64,000 nt of DNA from an uncultured Fibrobacterota bacterium (GCA_963753345.1 CAVWBU010000018.1:64001-128000); one strand, 5' to 3'. Shown: positions 10,528 through 21,525, numbered from the stretch's first letter. Made by a program: numbers and translations. The notes: a model not told the origin generated them from the letters alone.

Positions 10528-11487
10528 ATGCGCCGCAACCTTACAATTGCCGTTACGGTAATTTCCTGGTTGGTGTCGGCGTCCCTGGTGAACGCCGCTC
10601 TTCCACCGGGGTACACGGCCCAACCGTTTGCCGGCGACACCCTGCTCGGCAAGCCCCAGCAAATCCCGGGTGTTGTAAAGGCCATGTTCTGGGATAATGG
10701 CGGCGAAGGTGTGTCACAGCACATGAGCGGGGGTATACAGGGCTATAGCGGCAACGATTATGATGTAATAGGCTATGGTACTTCCGGTCACTTTGATTCG
10801 TCCGTTAATGCAACGCATCCCACTTCGCATCTTGCCTATATAGGCTGTGACAATCCTACTGCCAACCCGCCGTTTGTCGGAACATGGTTCAAATACACGG
10901 TCCATGTCAATACGGCCGGCACCTATTATGTCGACTTTAAACAAGCCACCGCCATTGCTCCTCCCAACCTTCAGGCGATCACCTACTACGACGGCACGTC
11001 GGTAACGTTGGATTCGGTCGCGAATTTACCCATGTGTATAACTCCTCCCGGATGTCCGGAAGTCTGGCACGCGTGGACCGTTAACATGAACGTCGACTCG
11101 GTAGCGCTCGATACCGGGCTGCAGGTCGTCCAGATCAATTTTCATGTGGGAAGCTGGAATTTCGATTGGATGAGGTTTAGACTGAAGAGCGAGACGGGAA
11201 CGCAGGTACCTGTCCTTCTCCGGTGTCAAGCCGGCCCCATGGGCCTCAGGACCACGTTGTCCGGTGCCCGGCTTACGCTCACCTACAAAGCCATGACGGC
11301 CACTTCGACAAGAATTTCCATCACGGATTGCGCGGGCAAAACTGTAGTTTCGTCCTTTGACGAAAAGAACGCGGCGGGAAGCCGCACCGTCGGCCTTGAC
11401 GTGCGCAACCTGCGCCAGGGTGTATATTTTGTCAATGTCGAACGCGGCGGAATCAGGGAAACAAAATCGTTTACGATCGCTCACTGA
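10528..11487 (+). CDS. Secreted carbohydrate-binding protein (CBM6-like) with T9SS-tail-like C-terminus
   Basis: Signal peptide; QIPGVVKAMFWDNGGEGVS, WFKYTVHVNTAGTY, WNFDWMRF; LRQGVYFV tail. Confidence 0.7.
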   Translation: MRRNLTIAVTVISWLVSASLVNAALPPGYTAQPFAGDTLLGKPQQIPGVVKAMFWDNGGEGVSQHMSGGIQGYSGNDYDVIGYGTSGHFDSSVNATHPTSHLAYIGCDNPTANPPFVGTWFKYTVHVNTAGTYYVDFKQATAIAPPNLQAITYYDGTSVTLDSVANLPMCITPPGCPEVWHAWTVNMNVDSVALDTGLQVVQINFHVGSWNFDWMRFRLKSETGTQVPVLLRCQAGPMGLRTTLSGARLTLTYKAMTATSTRISITDCAGKTVVSSFDEKNAAGSRTVGLDVRNLRQGVYFVNVERGGIRETKSFTIAH

Positions 11488-11513
11488 TTTTTATTTGGTA
11501 CGGAGTCTTTCCT

Positions 11514-12446
11514 ATGGGTGTGCCGAATCGGATTGCCCTCGCGGCAGCAGCCTGCCTTTTCTGTGTCTCTCTTCTCAATGCCGCGGTTCCGGCCGGCTAC
11601 ACGGGAACGGTTTTTACCGGCGACACGCTTGACGGCCATCCCCAGGCTATCCCGGGCGTGGTTAAGGCAGTGTTCTTCGACGAAGGCGGGCCGGAAGTCG
11701 GGTTCCACGACACATGGTCTGTTAATTTCGGCACGATACGGCTGGACTCGGCCGATATGCATGTCGGCATGCAGCCGTTTGGCAGCGGCGATCGAAACGC
11801 TGATGGGTCTGTTCCGCCGCAGGGTTCTTACCATCTTTCCTGGATAGACGTGGGCGAATGGATCAGATGCACCGTTCATGTAATGACCGCCGGCCAGTAC
11901 AACATAAGCAGCTATGAAGCTGTTTCGGCAACGCCGAATTCCCAGTCGGTCTCCTTCAACGACGGTACGCCGATACCAATCTCCAATCTTGCACCAACCA
12001 CGGCCCCGGCAGGCAACGAAATCTGGCACAATTGGAACACCTTCAACAATGTCGCAACGGTAAATCTTGATACCGGTCTGTTTGTGTTGAAACTTACGTT
12101 TGTCACCAATTCATTCAATTGCGACAAGCTCATGTTCACCCTCAAAAACGAAACCGGTTCCTTGCCGATGCATACCGTCGGGAATGCGGGCTTGTCATAC
12201 GCGCTCCGCACGCAGTCCGAAAATAAAAGGCTTGCGGTTTCTTATGACCTTCCCCAAGCAGGGAGATCACGTTTGTCTATTGTCAATTGTCACGGCAGAA
12301 CCGTTTTGCTGCAGTCGGAACGTCTGCTCTCCGCCGGCGCGCATGCTGAAACCGTGCCGCTCACCGGATTATGCCCCGGCGTTTATTTCTTAAAATTGAA
12401 GCAGTGTGGTATCTCCGGGGAATCCCGGTTTATTATCGCCCGGTAA
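11514..12446 (+). CDS. Secreted carbohydrate-binding protein (CBM6-like), tandem paralog
   Basis: AIPGVVKAVFFDEGGPEVGFHD, SWIDVGEWIRCTVHVMTAGQY; LCPGVYFLKL tail. Confidence 0.7.
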   Translation: MGVPNRIALAAAACLFCVSLLNAAVPAGYTGTVFTGDTLDGHPQAIPGVVKAVFFDEGGPEVGFHDTWSVNFGTIRLDSADMHVGMQPFGSGDRNADGSVPPQGSYHLSWIDVGEWIRCTVHVMTAGQYNISSYEAVSATPNSQSVSFNDGTPIPISNLAPTTAPAGNEIWHNWNTFNNVATVNLDTGLFVLKLTFVTNSFNCDKLMFTLKNETGSLPMHTVGNAGLSYALRTQSENKRLAVSYDLPQAGRSRLSIVNCHGRTVLLQSERLLSAGAHAETVPLTGLCPGVYFLKLKQCGISGESRFIIAR

Positions 12447-12531
12447 TGAAGAAAAGAATTTTCTCGCAAAGACTTGTGCCTGCCTGTCGAAGCATCGCTA
12501 AGGGCGCAACGAAGGGCGAATGGAGGACGTG

Positions 12532-14117
12532 ATGTTTTCAAAAAAGTCTCATTTTGATCCTGTTTGTGTCGGTGATATTGACCTTGACCATCACTGCCCC
12601 AGCCACGAGCCCAATCCATTCCCAAGCCCGGCGCGGACTTCACCTCAATCACCAATAACGGCGCCTGGACCTGGTATGGAAACCCGGTCGCGGTTTATTA
12701 TGAGGGTAAATACAAGAAAACCTATATGGGGTGGATATCCAATGGCGGCACTATTTCGGTGGGCTCCTACAACCACGTAACCGGCGATACTGCCACCAAA
12801 GTCATAAAAACGGGTTACCAGGTCGACGACCACTGCCATCCCAGCTTGCTCATGCGGCCCGACGGAAGGCTCATGGTGTTTTTTACCGGCCACGATGGCG
12901 GCACAATCAGCCTCTATATTTCCACCGATCCCGAAGACGTTTCCCAATTCAATCAGGAAACCGGCATCTCAGACGTCGGCCTTGTCTATTGTTATCCAAA
13001 CCCGATGTGGCTCAGCGCGGAGGGCGACAGCGGAAGGCTCTATGTTTTTTACCGTAGTATGCATACAAATCCGTGTTTTACCTACAGCGACGATTGGGGA
13101 AAGACTTGGAAACCCACAAGACAATACTATGCGAACTTTGACAACCCGGATCTGGATAAGGTATACGTAAACTATTGCTCAAACGGAAAAGACGAGATCC
13201 ATATGGCCATCGAAAAGGGCCATCGCGCCGGGTATTGCCCTCTTTATTATATGAAATACAAAAAAGGCGCATTTTACCAGGCGAGCGGCGCGCTGATAGC
13301 AACCGTTGACAGTCTGCCCATCCTTAACACGAAGATAGACACGCTGCAGGATCCCAAACTTTACGGCTGCCACGGCTCGTCATGGGACGTCGCGCTTGAC
13401 AACGCCGGAAATCCGGTCGTGGTCTACGACCAGTTCAAGGACGGGGCCAATCATCAGTATTACTATTTCCACTGGATGGGAACGTCGTGGTTAAAGAGCC
13501 TGCTGGTGAACAGCGGCGCCAACATGGGCGGCGAAGACGGATTTGCCGGCGGCATTACGCTCGACCACGAAAACACAAACAACGTCTACATGTCGCGGCA
13601 GATAGACGGGATGCATGAAATAGACAAATGGACTACTTCCGACGGCGGGACCACATGGGATTCCATGGCCATCACACGCGGCTCGGCGAAAAAGAACACC
13701 CGTCCCATCGTTCCGATCGGGCACAAGCCCTATGGCAAGCTCGATGTTATCTGGATGTACGGCGACTACACCGGGTGGGCCGGGGGATTCAACACGGCGG
13801 TCAAGATGTATCCGTTCAACGAGACCGTTGCGGCTATGGAATCCAACCGCGTGAAAGCTTCACATATGCAATCGGATATTTCCGCACATTCGCACGGCCT
13901 TTTTGTATCGCTGTCCGATCCGAAATCATCGTCGCTCAAAATCTTTGCTTTAAACGGCAGGATGGTGGTTGATTTGACAACTATGATAAGAGGCATGAGT
14001 GCGAACCGGGTATTCATCCCGTTTTCACGGATCAAGCTCGGGGTGGGGAGTTATCTGGTTTCGTTCAACAACGGGAAGACACAGTCGGTGAATAAAATGG
14101 TGTATTGTTTGAAGTAA
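12532..14117 (+). pseudogene. BNR_4-like (Asp-box) secreted protein with two apparent frameshifts in the signal-peptide region
   Basis: GGAGGA RBS then ATG 12532; hydrophobic signal SLILILFVSVILTLTITAPA in the +1 frame; main frame GAWTWYGNPVAV...DDHCHP...SDDWGKTW...TSDGGTTW in the +2 frame. Confidence 0.65.
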
Positions 14118-14205
14118 AATTCGCGCTCAAAGAATGCAAGTTTCTTTAAATACAAAATATAAGGCTGGGCGCCCCGCAGCTTCACAAAACAGAAGAGACT
14201 CTTGC

Positions 14206-14394
14206 GGGGGAAGTATCCCCCTAGCTACGGCCTCCTCGGCCTTTGGCCTGCGGTGACGTTGTCATTTCATTCCTTAAGGGTATGGTAATGGTGCTTCGCA
14301 CCTTCTAGTATGTCGTTTGCCCTTTCGCTACCCCCTCGTGGGTAGCCGCCTTGACAAAGCGGTTGCGAGACCACGCATTGCTGTGGCGGCACCC
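14206..14394 (-). repeat. Motif B, copy 2
   Basis: Minus strand GGGTGCCGCC...GGCGGCTACCC ACGAGGGGGTAGCG...AGGGGGATACTTCCCCC. Confidence 0.8.
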
Positions 14395-14525
14395 GAGAAG
14401 AGTAGTTGATAAGTTGAGGAGTTGAGAAGAAAAGCGTTGAAAAATGCGAAGAAGAAGCCTGGCTGATTTATTGCAGATGCAGATTAGCGCTAGACAAGGT
14501 AATTGACTGAATAGAATTCTGTTGC

Positions 14526-14692
14526 CGCGCGTTAGGTGGACCGGAGGGTGAGCTGAAGCGAATTGCCGGCCGATCCCGGCCGCAGGCGATTGGGACGGTC
14601 CGGCAACGAGGCCGAACGGCCGAGCCCGCAGGGACGACGCCTCGAAGCACCCGAAGGGGTGGACCGACCCGAGTGGAGCGAGGGGAACGCCC
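14526..14692 (-). repeat. Motif A, copy 3
   Basis: Minus strand GGGCGTTCCCC...TTGCCGGACC...CGGCCGGCAA...CCTAACGCG, followed by GAATTCTATTCAGTCAA. Confidence 0.8.
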
Positions 14693-15012
14693 AAATTCAT
14701 TCAATTATAATGCTCTCTTTCATCAGGCCCGTTACACAATCGTATAACGGAAAATGCTTTTGCCGTCATCATTCCCGACCCCAACGCACGGAGGGTGTTT
14801 ATATTATTCCAATACGGCCCGGGGTGTTTCGCGAAAGTAAAGCAGGTTTAACGCCGACTGGAATGAAGCGAGACTGCCATGAAAGAAACCTCACCTTTTG
14901 TCTCCCCCTTTTAGGGCTCTCCTTGTCAAGCCAGGGAGGGCCCGGGTGAGGTTTTTTCCATTGCGGATTGGACGGAATCGGCAATGATCAATCCGCAAAG
15001 AGAAATGCCCTG

Positions 15013-15040
15013 AAAAAAAACCACGGCCAAGGCCGTGGTT
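15013..15040 (-). terminator. Intrinsic terminator
   Basis: AACCACGGCC/GGCCGTGGTT stem then a T run on the minus strand, just past the stop at 15075. Confidence 0.75.
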
Positions 15041-15074
15041 CTCTACAAGTAAACGCTGCAGACTTCTCAGCCTG

Positions 15075-16667
15075 TTACCAGCCTATCGCGACCGCAATCC
15101 ACTGGACATTGCCTATGCCCATAAACGACTGATGTCCGCCGTCGTCGTCGTAGGGGAATCCGTAGCAATAATTGTTGATCGACCTGCGGTGGCACCATTT
15201 TGAAAAGTAGTTGCATGGCGCATCCTGGTAATAGGCAGCGGTGTCGTTGGTGCGCCAGTTTGCATATTCAACGCCTTGGGGAAGCGTTGCAACATGTCTG
15301 TTGATGGCGGCGGACCAATCGGGCGAGGCGCCCATTGACGGGTTCGGGCCCGCGCAGGCAAAAATATCCCACGCCGTCGGCACCGTAGGGTACGCGCCGG
15401 GGTCGGCGGCCCAGCCCGGATTTTTCACATAGTGGACGGAGGCCGAATCCTGATACCGGGTGAAGTAATCCACGTACGGGCCGCCCGTGTTGAAATAGTT
15501 GACGGGACATACATGGGGCGCCCATATGTTCGCAAAATCGTGCGTGGCAAGACCGGTAAATTCCTTCGGCACTTCGTTCTTGTATTCATCGAATTTCGAC
15601 TGGCGGGTCTGATAGAACAATTCGTAGTCGTCGCCCATCACCGTATCGATGCCGGTGGAGGTGTGGAGCCGGAAGGCAATGGGAAGCCTCCATCCGTCCA
15701 CGCGGGTGCTGTTGCCGTTCCAACTCCCGCCCCCTGCATTGACTTCCAGGAAATCAAAATATCTGCTGTTGGAGTCGGTGGGGTCGACGTAAAGGTAAAA
15801 TCTTTCGCTGACGATTGGCCTTACCGACTGCTGGGAAAGCTGGACCTTGGCTCCGCCCTGCTCGTGGCTCCAGTAAATCTTGGTGTCCGGGAACGCGCCG
15901 TTGGTCCTGTTCAGGATAATGTACTGAAACGTCTTCGGATAGGTGCTCGTGTCGCCCCAGAAGGCGGTTTTGTCGCCGGTCCAGGTGTTATTCTTTGTCA
16001 AGGTAAAATTGTATTGGCCCGTCAGCGCCGTTATCGGTGTGACGCCGATGGTGTACCCGGGCTCGGTGGCGTGCAGGGTGTCTGTTACCGCGGCGAGTTT
16101 TTCCAGCCGGGTCTCAAATCCGGGAGTGCTCTGGACAACCGTCCCTCCCAAAAGGTGCGACACAGGCTGCAATTTCAAAACCGATGCTGCCCCGTTGATG
16201 GTCACCCGCAGCAGATAGAACTGGGAAGAAATGCCGCGCGTGTCAATTGACATTGAATAGTTGCCTTTGGAAAGACTCTTGTTCAGTACATTGCGCACGC
16301 ACCGGCCGGTCAGGTCGTATATGCTCATCCTCACCAGCGCGTCGCTCTGAGTGAGGCTGAACAGCACTTTCCCGCCAACGTACACGGGCTGAGCAAAGGC
16401 GTCTCCCCGGACAAGCGGGCTTTTCGGGACCACGTTTACGTTGCAGTTCCCGCTCCCAAGCTGGTAATGACCGTTCTTGTCCGTGGTGACTAGATACGGG
16501 GCTTGCCCATACCCGTTGTCAAACGTTGTCTGGCCCAACCTGACAACCGTGTGGGTCAGGGGATTACCGCTTTGGTCCGTAACCAATCCGCAAATGTTTA
16601 CTGTCTGCGAAAAAACAGACCCAACGAAAAATGCCACCATCAGACACGTCACTGCTGCTCTTTTCAT
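15075..16667 (-). CDS. Secreted GH64 beta-1,3-glucanase with N-terminal carboxypeptidase-regulatory-like / T9SS-tail-like module
   Basis: Likely start MKRAAVT at 16667; NSTRVDGW, CNYFSKWCH and YGFPYDD GH64 motifs. Confidence 0.78.
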   Translation of the reverse strand: MKRAAVTCLMVAFFVGSVFSQTVNICGLVTDQSGNPLTHTVVRLGQTTFDNGYGQAPYLVTTDKNGHYQLGSGNCNVNVVPKSPLVRGDAFAQPVYVGGKVLFSLTQSDALVRMSIYDLTGRCVRNVLNKSLSKGNYSMSIDTRGISSQFYLLRVTINGAASVLKLQPVSHLLGGTVVQSTPGFETRLEKLAAVTDTLHATEPGYTIGVTPITALTGQYNFTLTKNNTWTGDKTAFWGDTSTYPKTFQYIILNRTNGAFPDTKIYWSHEQGGAKVQLSQQSVRPIVSERFYLYVDPTDSNSRYFDFLEVNAGGGSWNGNSTRVDGWRLPIAFRLHTSTGIDTVMGDDYELFYQTRQSKFDEYKNEVPKEFTGLATHDFANIWAPHVCPVNYFNTGGPYVDYFTRYQDSASVHYVKNPGWAADPGAYPTVPTAWDIFACAGPNPSMGASPDWSAAINRHVATLPQGVEYANWRTNDTAAYYQDAPCNYFSKWCHRRSINNYCYGFPYDDDGGHQSFMGIGNVQWIAVAIGW

Positions 16668-17037
16668 TTCACGCTCCCCCTTTTCTGGTGAAAAATAAGA
16701 CATAAGAAAGCGACCAGCCGTTGCCTCACTTTCCCGCATTTTTTGGGAAGGCAGGCTTACCCCCTTTTTCCTGTAATAAAGATACGCCTTGGAAGGTTTT
16801 TTTTCACATTTTTTTCGCGATCCCCTGCCATAGCGGAACTTATTTACCGGATTTGACAATTGTGGGCATAAATACCTATATTTTTTCGAAGAAGGTCAAA
16901 CCGATGTTTTCCGTGCTTCTCGTGAAAATTGTTGTAAATTCCAAGGTACGGCTAATCAGACTCCGCAGTGCAAGCTTGGCCTAAATTTTAACGCTTAATA
17001 CGGAAAATGTCTCCTAACCCAAAAAAGGGGGAATAAA

Positions 17038-18534
17038 ATGAAAAGGCCGGGAATCATTCTTCTGTTGCTTGCGGTAATGGCTGCTACGTCTTTTTCCCAA
17101 AACGTGGCAATTACCGGGCATGTGACCGGTGCCAACGGAAAACCCTTGACAAACACGCTTGTGCGGATGGGCGTTGGAATGCTTTACACCACGACCGATT
17201 CCAACGGTTTCTATTCGTTGAGCGGCGCGGTAAGTGTCTTTAGGCCGGCCGGGACACCGCAGGGAAACGCATTTTCCCAGCCTTCTCTTGCGGCCGGCAA
17301 AGTGTTGTTCAGCCTGCCCAAGGACGGCATGCAGGTGCGCATGACCATGTACGACCTGGGAGGCCGGTTCATCAAGGACATAATAAACGGGAAAATGGCA
17401 CAGGGCAACTATGCCGTATCCGCCGAGAGTCAGAGTATGTCGAGCCAGTTCTATATTGTCCGCCTCTCCATTGACGGGGTTTCTCATGTCATGAAATTCT
17501 CCTCGGTAACGCGCGGCGATGCCGGATCTGCGGGATCGGGCGTCTCCATGCCCGAAGCACGCTTGGAAAAGCTTGCAGCCGTGGTTGACACGCTCCATGC
17601 CACCGAGCCCGGCTATTCGCTTGGCATAACGCCGATACAGGCTCTTTCCGGCACCTACGATTTTCAACTTACGAAAACATCAACCTGGAACGGCGACACC
17701 GCCGCGTTCTGGGGAGATACCAGCAAACTCAGGAAAGCGGCGGGAAGAATATGGTGCACCTTCATCAACAGGACCAATGGTGCATTGGCGGACAGCCAGA
17801 TCTATTGGTGCCTGGGAGACTTTGGGACGCCGATTCGGCTGAGCGATTCATCAACCATCGATATTACCACTAGTACGGCAGGCAGACTTTACGTGATGCT
17901 TGGCTACAAGCCGGCGCCTCCCCCCGACTCTTCCCGCCCCGGCAACGCTGTTTGGGACTGGGAGGAACATACCTGCGGAAACGGGGGATATAACGGCAAT
18001 CTCACGCGGGTGGATGCCTTTGGAGTTCCGCTTTCCATCCGCCTGCATTGCACGGATGGCTATGATGCCGCTCGCGGCGAGATTTATGACGTGTTCTATG
18101 AGCCCCGTCAGGCGATTTTCGATGAATACGCCAATGAAGTCCCGTATCAGTTTACGGACCAAGCTACTATAGAGGCGCCCTATAGGATTCCGGATCCCGG
18201 CATGACACCCAATTTCAGCACCGGTGGACTGTACGCGCATTACTGGGATGCGTACCAGGCCTCCGTCGGGGTGAGTGCGGGACCATATTGCGGCATCAAC
18301 GATCCGGTAAAATCTTCCGGCCTGCATCGGCATACGCTGGAATTGCCCCTGGCAGAGCAGCAGAATGGCAAGTACCATTACCTGAAAGCGCCGTGCAACT
18401 TTTATTCATATTTCTTTCACCGGCGCGCATTGCTCCGGCTTCAATACGGGTTTCCCTATGACGACTGTTACGGCTTCTCGTCGTTCATAGCGCACGGCAA
18501 TGCCCAATGGCTGATCATAGCGGTGGGATACTAA
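17038..18534 (+). CDS. Secreted GH64 beta-1,3-glucanase, divergently transcribed paralog
   Basis: NLTRVDAFG, CNFYSYFFH, YGFPYDD; same N-terminal module (RLEKLAAVVDTLHATEPGY). Confidence 0.78.
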   Translation: MKRPGIILLLLAVMAATSFSQNVAITGHVTGANGKPLTNTLVRMGVGMLYTTTDSNGFYSLSGAVSVFRPAGTPQGNAFSQPSLAAGKVLFSLPKDGMQVRMTMYDLGGRFIKDIINGKMAQGNYAVSAESQSMSSQFYIVRLSIDGVSHVMKFSSVTRGDAGSAGSGVSMPEARLEKLAAVVDTLHATEPGYSLGITPIQALSGTYDFQLTKTSTWNGDTAAFWGDTSKLRKAAGRIWCTFINRTNGALADSQIYWCLGDFGTPIRLSDSSTIDITTSTAGRLYVMLGYKPAPPPDSSRPGNAVWDWEEHTCGNGGYNGNLTRVDAFGVPLSIRLHCTDGYDAARGEIYDVFYEPRQAIFDEYANEVPYQFTDQATIEAPYRIPDPGMTPNFSTGGLYAHYWDAYQASVGVSAGPYCGINDPVKSSGLHRHTLELPLAEQQNGKYHYLKAPCNFYSYFFHRRALLRLQYGFPYDDCYGFSSFIAHGNAQWLIIAVGY

Positions 18535-18555
18535 GGAGCGGAATCTGGGGGTTAT

Positions 18556-20571
18556 ATGATAAATAAGCTTATTGGCATTGTGGTGGTGTTGTGGTTTGGA
18601 TCTGTTGCGCAGGTGAACCTGACGGGGACCGTTACCGATGCTGCCAGCGGGTCTCCTCTACCCGGCGTTGTCGTCGCCTTGAAGGCCTTGGGAATATCGG
18701 ACACGACCGACGCTCAAGGAAAATGGCTGATCATTGCCACGCGATCAACGTGGCCAGGCCGTTCTTCGGCAAAAATTGTTCCGGGAAGCAGACTTGTTGG
18801 AAACCTCCTGAGGCTTAACATTTCAGAACCTTCACCCGTGACGGTCGAACTATTCAACGCCACCGGAGCAAAAATCACGACCCTGTTCAAAGATGCTAGT
18901 TTTTCCGGTGGAACGTATGATATCAACCTTTCAGCAATAGGGGTTGCACCAGGGCTGTATTTCATTCGGGCTCAGCAGGGTAATCGAAGCTGGGTTCATC
19001 GCTATCTGCCGATCCAGACGGCGGTTCAAGGTAATTTGACAAATAATGGTATCCGGAAAGCAATGGCGAAGAGGTTGGACGCAGGAGCGGCAATCGACAC
19101 CCTGGTGTTCAGTAAAACCGGGTATGGCTCGCTAATGATTCCGATTCAATCGTTTACCGGCACAATCGATACTGTGAAGATGGAGGCGATCCTTTCGGCT
19201 CCTTCGATTTCGAGCGTAACCTCGGGTGACGGCAGCGTGACCGTAAGCTGGGGTACCGTAACCGGCGCAACGTCGTATAACCTCTACTACAATACGGGAA
19301 CGACGGTTGACAAGGCGACCGGATCGAGATTGGTGGGTGTGACATCGCCGAAGCAAGTGACAGGCTTGACAAACGGGACGCAGTATGCATTTGCAGTGTC
19401 CGCGGTGAATGCGGGAGGAGAATCGGTTTTGAGCGCAGTACAGACAGTGACGCCTCAGGCAATCCCTGTTATTTCCGGCATAATTATTGGGGATGGCAGC
19501 GCTACGGTGAGTTGGGGCGCCGTAACCGGCGCGACATCGTACAACCTGTACTACAGTACAGGAACGACGGTTGACAAGGCGACCGGATCGAGGTTAACAG
19601 GTGTGACATCTCCGAAGCAGGTGGCAGGATTGACAAACGGAACGCAGTACGCCTTTGCCGTGTCCGCGGTGAACGCCGGAGGAGAGTCGGGATTGAGCGG
19701 CATAGTGACGGCAACGCTGATAGCAAACCCTGTTGTTTCCGGCATATCCGTTGGAGATAGAACCGCTACGGTAAGCTGGGGTTCAGTAGCCGGCGCGACA
19801 TCGTACAACCTGTACTATAAGGCCGGGACCACCGTTGATATGACAAGCGGTACTAAATTGACGGGAGTGACATCTCCGAAGCAGGTGACCGGATTGATTA
19901 ATGGAGCGCAGTACGCATTCGCCGTAAGCGCGGTAAATGCCGGAGGAGAGTCGGGATTGAGCAATGTGGTGACAGCAACGCCGAACATCGTTGATATTGA
20001 TGGAAATATTTATCACGCGGTTACAATAGGGACTCAAGTATGGATGGTAGAGAACCTGAAGACCACGAGATATAACGACGGCTCCGCAATACCGTTGGAT
20101 ACGAACAGCAGTACGTGGGGTGGTCTTACAACAGGGGCATACTGCTGGTATAATGATTCAGCTACCTATGGAAGCACGTACGGTGCATTATACAATTGGT
20201 ATGCAGTAAGTACAGGAAAACTTGCCCCGACAGGCTGGCATGTACCGACAGACTCTGAATGGACTGTACTAACCACGTACCTTGGAGGACTAAGTGTGGC
20301 TGGAGGGCCACTGAAAGAAGCAGGCACGGCGCACTGGGCTTCTCCCAATACCGGCGCGACAAATTCAAGCGGTTTTTCGGCGCTTCCGGGCGGTTTCCGT
20401 AACTTCACTGGTACTTTCAACTACATTGGCAGCAACGGTTACTGGTGGTCGTCTACGGCGAACGGTGCTTCGGCCTCGTGGACCCGTGGCATGAGCTGCA
20501 ATGACGCGGTTGCATACAGTTTCAACTACAACAATGTGAGCGGTGTCAGCGTCCGGTGCGTGAGGGATTGA
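18556..20571 (+). CDS. Secreted protein with three fibronectin type III repeats and a C-terminal FISUMP (Fib_succ_major-like) domain
   Basis: Three VSWG.V.GATSYNLYY...GLTNGTQYAFAVSAVNAGGES repeats; DIDGNIY..VTIGTQVWMVENL...YGALYNW...PTGWHVP...SVRCVRD. Confidence 0.88.
   Translation: MINKLIGIVVVLWFGSVAQVNLTGTVTDAASGSPLPGVVVALKALGISDTTDAQGKWLIIATRSTWPGRSSAKIVPGSRLVGNLLRLNISEPSPVTVELFNATGAKITTLFKDASFSGGTYDINLSAIGVAPGLYFIRAQQGNRSWVHRYLPIQTAVQGNLTNNGIRKAMAKRLDAGAAIDTLVFSKTGYGSLMIPIQSFTGTIDTVKMEAILSAPSISSVTSGDGSVTVSWGTVTGATSYNLYYNTGTTVDKATGSRLVGVTSPKQVTGLTNGTQYAFAVSAVNAGGESVLSAVQTVTPQAIPVISGIIIGDGSATVSWGAVTGATSYNLYYSTGTTVDKATGSRLTGVTSPKQVAGLTNGTQYAFAVSAVNAGGESGLSGIVTATLIANPVVSGISVGDRTATVSWGSVAGATSYNLYYKAGTTVDMTSGTKLTGVTSPKQVTGLINGAQYAFAVSAVNAGGESGLSNVVTATPNIVDIDGNIYHAVTIGTQVWMVENLKTTRYNDGSAIPLDTNSSTWGGLTTGAYCWYNDSATYGSTYGALYNWYAVSTGKLAPTGWHVPTDSEWTVLTTYLGGLSVAGGPLKEAGTAHWASPNTGATNSSGFSALPGGFRNFTGTFNYIGSNGYWWSSTANGASASWTRGMSCNDAVAYSFNYNNVSGVSVRCVRD
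19200..19983 (+). repeat. Three near-identical intragenic FN3-coding repeats (about 260 bp each)
   Basis: Recurrent accggcgc.acatcgtacaacctgtacta...gtgacatctccgaagcaggtg...acgcagtacgc. Confidence 0.8.
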
Positions 20572-20603
20572 TCCAGTGGTTGATCATAGCGGTGGGATAC
20601 TTA

Positions 20604-21525
20604 GAGCTTATCCATAAATAAAAGTTGATTGTCTGAAACATATTATTGCACAAGCCAACTGTAGTAAACCTGTATGACTACGAGCAAGTTTTTCAAAACG
20701 AACCAGCAATTTTCTGAAGCGGTTGAGCCACGACAAGCATCGCTCCACAACCCATCTTTGCGCCTTGAACCTTGGGTTCCTGCGCTTCATTTCAATTTCT
20801 TCTCCTCGTTGCCGAATGCAAGGGATATATCGCCGCTCGACACACTGGTTGAACGCGGGCTCTCCTGTATACCCTTTATCAGCACACAAATGCTGTCTCC
20901 GACGAGCTTTTGTTGTTGGACGTTCTATCATAATGTTGTCAAGTGTATCAGGCAGCAACTTCACGTCGTGCTTCTGTGCTCCGCTCACGACGAGCGACAG
21001 CGGGATGCCACGACCGTCGACGAGTATGCTTCGCTTGCTGCCATTTTTTTCCCCGATCAGTTGGGTTGTGGCCGACATTTTCAAGTGCAAGTGGGGCTTT
21101 GTTCATCCCACCATCAATACTTTGCCATTGCCAGGCTATGCCTTCCATATCGTCGTATTCGGCAATCCCTGCTTTCCACAATTTCTCGAAGAATCTGGCC
21201 TTTTGCCACTCAAGAAAATAGCGATGGATTGCACTTGGACTGCCAAATTGAGTCTTCGGAAGCGCTTTCCATTGAATTCCCGTCCGAAGAACAAAAACTA
21301 TCCCAGCCAAAACAAGACGAGGTGATATGGGTTTCCGTCCACCTCCTGATTCACGAACGAACTTCTGACGGCGATCACGCTTCTTTTTCGGTATTAACGG
21401 TTCAACTTTCGCCCAGAACTCGTCCGATATCTCCCATGAATAGAGCCTGCGTTTTTTTGGTTCTTCCATGGAAATAATATCATATATGCCGACATTAACC
21501 ACAATTCTTATTTATGGATAAGCTC
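20604..21525 (-). mobile_element. IS5-family insertion sequence (two-ORF, frameshift type)
   Basis: Terminal IRs GAGCTTATCCATAAATAA (20604-20621) / TTATTTATGGATAAGCTC (21508-21525), TA on both flanks; ORF A (VLRTGIQWKALP, DUF4096-like) and ORF B (ADKGY, RWVVER) joined at GGGGAAAAAAA. Confidence 0.9.
20608..21469 (-). CDS. IS5-family transposase (-1 frameshift at the A7 run near 21050)
   Basis: NPTDRGK/KNGSKRSILVDGRGIPL junction; DDE-type motifs; start codon uncertain. Confidence 0.82.

Noticed and set aside
14720-14960. Possible riboswitch or ncRNA in this intergenic stretch
   Set aside because: No aptamer consensus recognised; the long hairpin AAACCTCACC...GGTGAGGTTT looks like a degenerate REP-type palindrome.
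16668-16859. N-terminal extensions given by the ORF track (also 36175, 39588, 54799, 56123, 61138)
   Set aside because: Downstream starts give proper signal peptides or family N-termini.
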